Shown in pieces: positions 52,981 through 64,000 of a stretch of 64,000 nt of DNA. A program made the translations under genes and the position numbers. Position 1 is the first letter of the stretch; each line of letters starts with the position of its first letter. The notes under the pieces are model-generated. The model saw nothing but the letters and a program-made list of their open reading frames with translations, made no database searches and was not told the origin of the DNA. Origin of the DNA: the human T2T-CHM13v2.0 reference genome, Homo sapiens; the NCBI RefSeq assembly GCF_009914755.1, contig NC_060925.1. One strand, written 5' to 3'.

Positions 52981-53789
52981 ATAGATAACTGATACAGAGA
53001 AGGTAAGTGATTTGCTCAAGAACACAGAGCTTATAAGTGATATATATGAATATATAAACAGGCCCATGTTCGCACAATATACATTCCTAGTCCAGCTATC
53101 CTCTTCTGGACACTGCTGGGCATCGTGACTGGATCTCTGCTTTCTGGGCTCCTCTCCTGGTCTACACTGCTGTGCTTGCCCCCTCCTCATCAACCTGGCT
53201 TCCTCTGGCCTTGTTGTCTTGAGCATGTCCTGGATGAGACAGGACCATTGGCAGTAGCAAAAGTCCCTGGGTAAGATGGGCAGATTCTCATCACAGTGTG
53301 AGATTTCTCCCTAGGTCTGGGTGCCCACGGCACCCCCTCGGCTCCTCCCAAAGGGAATCTTGTAGGCCCCAAACCAGCCCCTTCCTTCCTTTAGGTCTCC
53401 AGAGCACTCACTCCTCAAGCCTCCACTCAGCCCTTTCCCATTCCTCAGGCCAGGTTTACCCCACGATGGACTTAAAAATAAGCTTGTCTTGCTACCAGGA
53501 AGATTTTCCACCAGGAGCCTGCATAATTGGCCCTTCCCATTCCAAGATGCAGAAGGTAGAATAGGAAACAAAAGTGCTGGTCCTTTCTCTCAAGTACCAG
53601 CCAGGACTATAAACCTTTTCTAGCCCCAAGCCAGAAACTAGAAGGGAAGAACACCTTCTAAAGAGAGAAAGACTGTGAAGATAGCTGACACCCAGAGAGT
53701 GATTGGATGAGATCTGAAAAATCCCTTATCATGTGCAGGGTTTCTAAGGGCCCTTAGAGAGCTTGCTGATTCCAGAAAGATGTGCATCA

Positions 53790-54400
53790 CTTTCTTTTTT
53801 AAAACAGCATTATCAAAGTATGCTTTCCATTTCAATTGTACAGTTCATTTATTTTTACTTTACCAAATGGCACAGCCATCTCTTTAAACCAGTCTTAGAA
53901 CATTTTCATCTTCCCTGTAAGATCCCATATGCCCTCATCCCTATTCCCATCCCTAGCCCCAGGCAATCACTATCACTGCCTGTCTTATAAATGTGCCTTT
54001 TCCAGATATTTCATGCAAATGGAATCATACAATATGTGGTCTCTTGTGTCTAACTTATTTTACTGGGTGTAATGTTTTTGAGGTTCATCCATAACATAGC
54101 ATGTGCCAGTAGTTTATTCCTTTTCCATTTCTGAGTAGTATTCCATCATATGAGTATAGCATATTTTATGTACTGATTTACCAGCTGATGGACATTTAGG
54201 CTGTTTCCAGCTTCTGGTGATTATGAATAACACTGCTATGAACATTCTCATGTTAGTCTCTGTGTGGTCATATGTTTTCATTTCTCTTAGGAAATTTGGG
54301 AGTGGAATTGCCAGATCATTTCATATTTAACTTTCAACTGTAAACTGCCAAACTGCTTTCCAAAGTGGCTTTATCATTTTACATTCCCACCAGCAATTGT
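53790..54400 (-). mobile_element. Old L1 (MB/ME) 3' region
   Basis: aatggaatcatacaatatgtggtc...gttcatccat...tttacattcccaccagca. Confidence 0.85.
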
Positions 54401-55309
54401 GGGTTACTTCTCCTCCCTAAGACATAAGACAAGTATCCTTTAATCTTTGATCCACTTCCAGTTTTTTTACTCTAAGATTCAATGAGGTCACTGAGAATGT
54501 TTCAGCTATGTTTTCCTGAGTTGAATGTCACTTTTATTCTCTACAGTTACCTTGAGTAGTCATTTATGACATGTATACTCAATATACACATGTGTCATTA
54601 TCTATTTATTTAAAACACTTAGCTCATCAAGTTGACTCCAACAACCATTTGATTTTTAACTATCTCAGGGAATGGTCATGCAAAGGTATTTGTGTAAACT
54701 CTGAGGCAAACAACAGTATACAGCTCAGAAGATTTGCCGGGAAACTGAACTCCTCAAAAATAGATTTCACAAGAGTGCAACCTCAGGTGGTATTTTCCGT
54801 AAGAGTATATTGGTCCCAAATGTGTCCACATGAAACTCATTAAGATGAAAAGTTAGTACAGAGGACATGTACATAGAAAACCTCAGAGGCCAGAGGAAAC
54901 AAGTTTAGGGAAGAAGCAAAACAAGTGTAGGGTTAAAGAAGGTATACACCAACACGTCGCACAAATTTACCTTAGAATGTTTTTTTTTAATTATGCCTCC
55001 GTAGTTAAAGAAACTGTGGTCAGAAATCCTAACCTTTTCGAAAAGCTTTCTAGACTGTTTTTACACAATAGCAAGAATATACATTTAAAATTTCTTGCCA
55101 AGTGACAAAAAATACTGAGATTCAGAAATAAAGCCTAAGATAATTAGAGTCTAAAAACTGCCATCGAGGCCTTGGTAATATTAAATATGTTTACCAGAGA
55201 AGGAGGTTGATGATGTCACAACTATTGTCCCTGAGTTTATTCGTATAAGTTGGCTGAACTAAGATTTCTATTATAACACTGAGAATAGAGTATATAAAGA
55301 AAATCACTG

Positions 55310-55612
55310 GTTATTCAGGAATAACATGAGGAAGTTTCATGTCTTGATTGTGGAGTTGGTTTCTCATTCTACACATGTGCTAAAATATCATAGAATGCCC
55401 CCCCACACACACACAGTGAATGTGAAAACTAGTAAAATCTGTATCGTCTGTACCTGAGTGAATATCATACCACTGTAATGTGGTTTTGAACCTGCACTAT
55501 GTTATGTGAATTATTTTCACTGGGGGAAGCTGGGTGAAGTGTACATGAGAACCTTCTATACTATTTTTGAGACTTCTTGTAAATCTTGAACTTCTTTAAA
55601 ATAAAAGTCATT
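55310..55612 (+). mobile_element. Old L1 (MC/MD) 3' end
   Basis: cactgggggaagctgggtgaag...ctatactatttttg...aaaataaaag. Confidence 0.75.
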
Positions 55613-55657
55613 TGAAAGAGAGAAAGGAAGAAAACTACTACGTTTAAAATTTATGTC

Positions 55658-55954
<297 letters not shown>

Positions 55955-55955
55955 A

Positions 55956-56286
<331 letters not shown>

Positions 56287-56420
56287 AAAACTTATGTCTT
56301 ACACTATTTCAAAATAAAAGGTATTTGAAATGCCTTAAAATAAAAGGAGGGAAGGGGAGGATAGAAAGAAGGGGAGAAGGGAGGAAACACCAGGGATTCT
56401 TTTCTTCCTTTTGTGGTCCG

Positions 56421-56920
56421 TGTAGGGTAAAGACACCTGAAAGCAATAACTTAAGCACACCCTTAGAATGACCCCGTATGGCAGATGCATCCAATTTGTA
56501 TTCTGCGCTGGAGAATACAGGTGTGGCCAACTTGAGGATTCATTTGTTGTCTGTGAGGAGCATCTGAGCCCTGCCTGCCTCTGTCCCAACCATCGTTCTG
56601 GCCCGTGAAACACAGGTTGTACAGGAGAAGGAGGCCCCAAGTTTGGGTTGAATGAAGGTTGCCAGGTGGAGATTGTTAGGGAAAGGGTGCTGAGTGAAAA
56701 CACTACCTAAATTGCATGCCTTTTGCAAGCGGTTGTGGTTCTTCTGCCTGGCCTGCCCCTACTGGGCCCGGGGGTTATCTTGTCCACCACTGGACTCTCT
56801 CCCTTGTATGTCACCCCCTAGTAAAACCTCCACGTATCTCATTTCTGGCTCTGTGTCTCTTCTTTGGCCTCTTGAACCTGATGCCTTTTCTGTTGAGGTT
56901 AATAGGGTGTAGGCACAGCA
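56421..56920 (+). mobile_element. LTR47-like (ERVL) solo LTR
   Basis: tgtaggg...aagcaataacttaagcacacccttagaatgaccccgtatggcaga...gca; 5-bp TSD gtccg/gtcag (4 of 5). Confidence 0.75.
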
Positions 56921-58104
56921 GTCAGGATGAACTAGAGGAAGTGAAGAGGTGGGGGACAGTAAGGTGCCTCCTAAAGTTGAAAATAAAGATCCCTTCTGAG
57001 AAGGAAATTATGAAAGATCAACACAACTAGCCCGCCTTAAACTGGAATGTGTATATGGCTGACATTTCCTAATGGAAGAGCCTAGGTGTAGCATGAGGAA
57101 ATTAGCATGTCTAAACCCGGGGTCTTGCTGTTTCCACTGTAACTTTCTTTGGCAAGAGTGATAACAGAAGGAGTTAGCCTTCCCTGCATCTGCAAGCACA
57201 GAGTACAAACATCAAGAATTGTTCACAGGAAAGAGTCTGGACTGGCTGTTCCAGCATCCTTGGCAAGAGTTACCTCGACAGCAGAGACAGATGCATCAGA
57301 TTATCATAGCTTGGCGACAAGAGCCATTAAGACCATTCTTGAATTCCCTTCTCTATGATTCCATCCTTACTTTTAATTGTGCTTTGGCGATCTGTGTAGC
57401 TTTTGCATAGCAAGATAATGAGCTGATCGGCCAATGCAAGGATTTTAGTCCATTTGACATTATTTCTTCTTCATAAATTAGTTATTTGGCATTCTGGTTC
57501 ATATATCAATATCGTGTGGGTTTTGTAAGTATGACTGAGCAACTGGAGCAGGATTTCTTAACCTGGAAACCAGGGGCGGGCTTCAAGGGATCCATTAAGC
57601 CCTAAGATTACTTGCAAAAGTGTGTGTGTGCCTTTGCAGTGTGCATTCATCAAGGAGAGGGGGAAATAGCTTTCAACAGATTCTCATAGAGGGTTTCAAG
57701 TCTGGATACACTGGCAAAATAGTATTTCTGGGCTTATAAAATTGAAGTGTCCACAATAAGACAGTATGCTGTGGTGTGCTGTAAAACAATGCCTATCAGG
57801 CAGGGGGTATGCTTTTGTTGTTGTTGTTCTCACTCTAACTATAATATCTTAGATTGAGGGGATTATTCATAACATGGTTTTGTTTTTCTTTTCACAGAAT
57901 ACCCTGGGAATATTTTCCTGTGCTATTCTTCTTTTATGACACCATTTTAAATAACTTCATAGAATTCAGTGGCTCAAATTCATCTTATGAGAAATATTTT
58001 AAAAGCTTATTCACTAATAACCCCTAAGAGGCTTACTGTTTATGTGAAATGTAGACTTGTTTTTATTAATAGACACCCAAGTGTGAGAACTAATTGCAGT
58101 CACT

Positions 58105-58300
58105 ATTATTGACAGCTAATATTTATGATACACCAGCTCCATACCAGGCAATGTGCTAACTGCTTTGCATATGAAATCTGGTTGTGAGCTTTACAACAGC
58201 CCTGGGAGGTAGATATTATTATTTTCACTCAACAGCTGAGGAAACTAAGATACAGAAAAGTCAAAGAACTTACTGAGGTCACATTGCACTCAGCAGTGGA
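58105..58300 (-). mobile_element. MIR SINE
   Basis: ccaggcaatgtgctaa...caacagccctgggaggtagatattattatt...gaggaaactaag. Confidence 0.8.
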
Positions 58301-58502
58301 GTCAAGCTGCCAGGCCGTAACTGGCTGCCCTTCACCCCTCACCATGATGCTCAATGTCTTTATCCTTTAAGCTCCATTTGGATGCACTTCCGCCTTGAAG
58401 CTTTATTCTCACTCAAAGTCATTTCTTCCTTTGTGGTCGTCCTCTGGTTCTTCAACTGGCTCGAAATCACCCCCCTTAGCACCATTAGAGTATTACCTAA
58501 CT

Positions 58503-58840
58503 CAAGGGTCAGCAAACTTTTGCTGTAAAGGAATCGATTGTAAATATTTTAGGTTTTGTGGCCCATATCATCTCTGTCACAGTTATTCCACTCTGCTGCC
58601 CACTGTAGCATGAAAGCGGCCACAGACAATCACTAAATCAGTGAATGTGGCTGTGCGCCAATAAAATCTTATTTACGGACATTGAAATTTGAATTTCATG
58701 TAATTTTCACATGTCATAAAATGTGTTCTTCTTTTTATTTTTTCCAACCATTTAAAAATAAACTATTCTTAGCCCATGATCTGCAACAAAAACAGGTGGC
58801 CAGCTGGATTTGAACCATAGGCCAAAGTTTGCCAGCCGTT
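58503..58840. mobile_element. MER58B (hAT-Charlie MITE)
   Basis: caagggtcagcaaactttt...tgtggctgtgcgccaataaaa...agtttgcca. Confidence 0.9.
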
Positions 58841-61006
58841 CAGACTGCATCTTCCGTGTTCATATTCTCCACAACTACATAGAACATCTTTGGGCTTAAA
58901 AACTATATCTTAACCTTTTCTGACTCTCCACAGAATCTATATACAGGGATAGACTCATAATTAAGTACTCAACAAATATGCGATTAATAGTATTGATGCT
59001 TTTCACCCTCAGAGCCTTTTCTAAGAAGAAATAAGTCCATTTCAAAACATGTGTCCTCTTTATTTTCTTCACCCTTTTCCCTCTCTAATAGAATTCTCTA
59101 TCTCTAAAATACCACAGCAATTTTTTGGTTCTGAGTGCTGATAAGCAATACCCACGTGCTTGGTTAGCTTAAAGGTCAGATGGCATCCTGGCCAGAGGCC
59201 AAGGAATACAGCTGGTGAAAATTCAAGCTGTCACACACTTGTTGCTAGCCTGAATTTCTAGTTCCTTCATCATGAATTATTAGATTGTTTATCATAACGA
59301 TTTGCTGCATGAACAATCATTTTTAAAGCCATAATCCCCAACCGGGAGAGATGTCATGACTTGATGGGCTAAATTTAGGACTATGAGAATCCTGCTGCAG
59401 GACTGGCTGCCATGCATCATCTGTGGGCCTTCATCTGTCAATGGAGGGTAAGAAGCACTACCCTCTTCTTATGGGCTTCATGAGGCTGGACTGATGGTGA
59501 ATGACTCTGCACATATAGCAGTGATAGTTGTAAGCATCTTCATTTACTTTTGCTCAATCATGTGACACAGTGCCAGTGAATGGTAGTATAAGACAGAGAA
59601 ATATGCTGTACTCTATTATGTGTAGAAATGAAAACTGTTTTGTTTTAAAATTTGCCTTAAGGCCATGTCAACAAACTGTGGAATCAAGCTGATATTTACT
59701 ACTAAGTACACACTTAGAAATTATGCAACATACGCCAATGAGCTTTTTTGTTTTATCATCTCAGAGTGAAGTTGCTGAAACCAGGAACTGTAATTACAGT
59801 AGTCTTTTTGCTGTCCTGCTATTGGTCAGATGTCACTCTGCTGAATAGCATATGAAAATGATTGGTATTATACTTTTTTAAGAATGGCCCATAACATGGT
59901 TTTCAGGATGGAATTTTGCAAATGCTTCTGCATAACAAGTAAAATTCTAGGTTTTGGAGGAGCCAGCTGTGCTGCAGGGCTTGAATGTTATTCTGATTTA
60001 TTTCTAAAAGTTTATTTTAAGGGTTTTTCTTTTTTTCGCTAGAGTTAGTTTTCACCCTCTTTACAAATGCCTTAAAATAATCTGGTGTTGAAAACTCTTC
60101 CAACAGCTGCCACCTTGCCTATGGGGTGAGGAGGCGCTCTCTCAAGGGTAAAGCAACACTCGGCAGGAACAAATGTTTAAAATTTGCTGAAGACAGAAGA
60201 CAAAGGAAAGCTTTATCACTTACTTGTTAGCTACAGCAAGGAGAAACTTTTCGACTTAGAAATCCCTCAGCATTCTTCATCAGATTGATGGCTTACTGCT
60301 CCTAAGCAGACAGCAATCTCATACATGGTGTATATTAAGAGATGGAAAATAAATTGACTCACAAAAGATGTTCTTTCAAGCCTCAGACTGCAATTACCAT
60401 GGAGAAGGAAGGGGAGGAGGCATTTGGCTTTGTAACTGGAGCCTCAATAATAGGGCAAGGCTCAGGGGTAGCAGCTGTTTCTGCCCCCACATGCTGCCTC
60501 ATTCCACAGACGGGTCAGGTGGCATCTATGCACACAGAGTTTGTGACATTTGTTGAGTGCTTAGAGTGCCTGGATGAAGGGTGCTTATAGGAATGTTGAC
60601 AATCGATAATTATTACTATAATAATAATATTATGTGGATAGGAGGTTGGTTGGCCTTATATAAATATCCTGCTTTGATGTAAGAAGCTCCCAAGCACCAG
60701 TGGTTAACATAATTTTGTTTGGGAAATATTATGCTCAGCTGTGGTCATTATGGTGTCTCCCCTACTGTAACTCCAAAGAGTAGCTCGCATATTTCTATGT
60801 GGGTTAGTCACTGGATCCTTAATAAACCAAGAATGTAAGACACTGATGTGGCAGATCTCGTTGCTATTACTAACATGCTGGACATGCTAGTCCATCTCTC
60901 CCTCTACCTTCACTGATGGTCTCAGGGTAGAGAAGAAAATATTCTTCCCTAAATTTAGATTCACACTGCTGGAAATTTAAAAGTCCATGTACTTCATTCA
61001 ATTTTA

Positions 61007-61445
<439 letters not shown>

Positions 61446-62261
61446 TTAGTTAGCCTAGGAGTAAAAATGGAAAGAAAGGGAAGAAATACAGTTTGGGGAA
61501 GTCTTAGGTTAATTTGATTATTTTTAACAATTATTGAGCCTCCACTATGGCCAGACACTGGAGATGGATACATACAAAGCCGACAAGGAGACTGCAGGCT
61601 GGGAGGGATGCACGGATGAGCTGACAAGTGCCATAAAGAGCCACGTGTGGAGCGATACATGCTCTAAGAATAGTAGAGGTACAAGGGAGAAAAGGACTTT
61701 TCTTTCTGGAGGGGAGTGAGCCAGTCAGAAAATCCAGAGCAAAAGACATGAGCTAAGTCTTGAAGAATGGATGCAATGGATCCTCCAAGCTCACAAACTG
61801 CCCACATTCCAGGCAGAAGCAGCAGTAGGAGCAAGAGCGTGGAGGTGAGAAACAGAGCAGCCTGCTTGCTGATGGAGAAGAAAACAGAGACAGAAGTCTC
61901 AGAAATGCCTAAATCCTGTGATTCTCTGCTGAAAAGAACCACCAATCTTGCCCAAATCCCATCCAGGACCTCTGCAAGCACCACCTCCTCCGGGAAGGTT
62001 TCTGGCTCCTTTGAATGTCTGCAGCAGTTTTACTATTGGTGTCATTTCTCTAGCACTCCCATCCCATTTCCCACCCTACCCTATTTCACTGTGCTCTCAC
62101 CACCCTCTTTGTGAGTAACCCGAGGGCAGGGATTGAGTCTTGTAAAGCAGCATAGTACCTTCAACTTAATTGTTATTTCATAAACACTGGACTTGATTTG
62201 AATTGAACTGCTCAGTTTGATTCACTGTGGTCAGTGTACATAGAGATCCATAGTAGATAGT

Positions 62262-64000
<1,739 letters not shown>

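Noticed and set aside
57219-57410. LFQHPW peptide resembling a kinase C-terminal motif
   Set aside because: Isolated short match with no other kinase subdomains.
60105-60125. ctgccaccttgcct as a CTCF site
   Set aside because: Partial match to the core only; needs a PWM score or ChIP data.

Overview
Primate, very likely human, non-coding genomic DNA (intergenic or deep intronic). I cannot name the locus. I recognise no protein-coding exon, RNA gene or CpG island. The ORFs I can attribute are translations of Alu, L1 or simple repeats; the rest look like chance ORFs. The window is a transposon mosaic: 38 Alu copies counted by eye (roughly 18% of the bases), L1 fragments of several ages, LTRs (LTR8, LTR47-like, MSTB, MER21, MLT1), hAT-type MITEs (MER81, MER5, MER30, MER63, MER45, MER58), and MIR and L2 relics. 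Subfamily names come from remembered consensus sequences and need RepeatMasker/Dfam confirmation. I find no evidence for a new multi-gene system. The best sequence-supported oddities are: (1) a local fold-back inverted duplication forming a ~70-bp-stem hairpin inside an L1 (3693-3873); (2) a ~20-nt L1 insertion with a perfect 17-bp TSD (24155-24208); (3) two oppositely oriented Alus sharing one target site, 14 bp apart (55645-56300); (4) a candidate Alu-associated deletion (~12.4-12.7 kb); (5) an unidentified ~0.7-kb insert that may be a decayed retrocopy (28070-28755).
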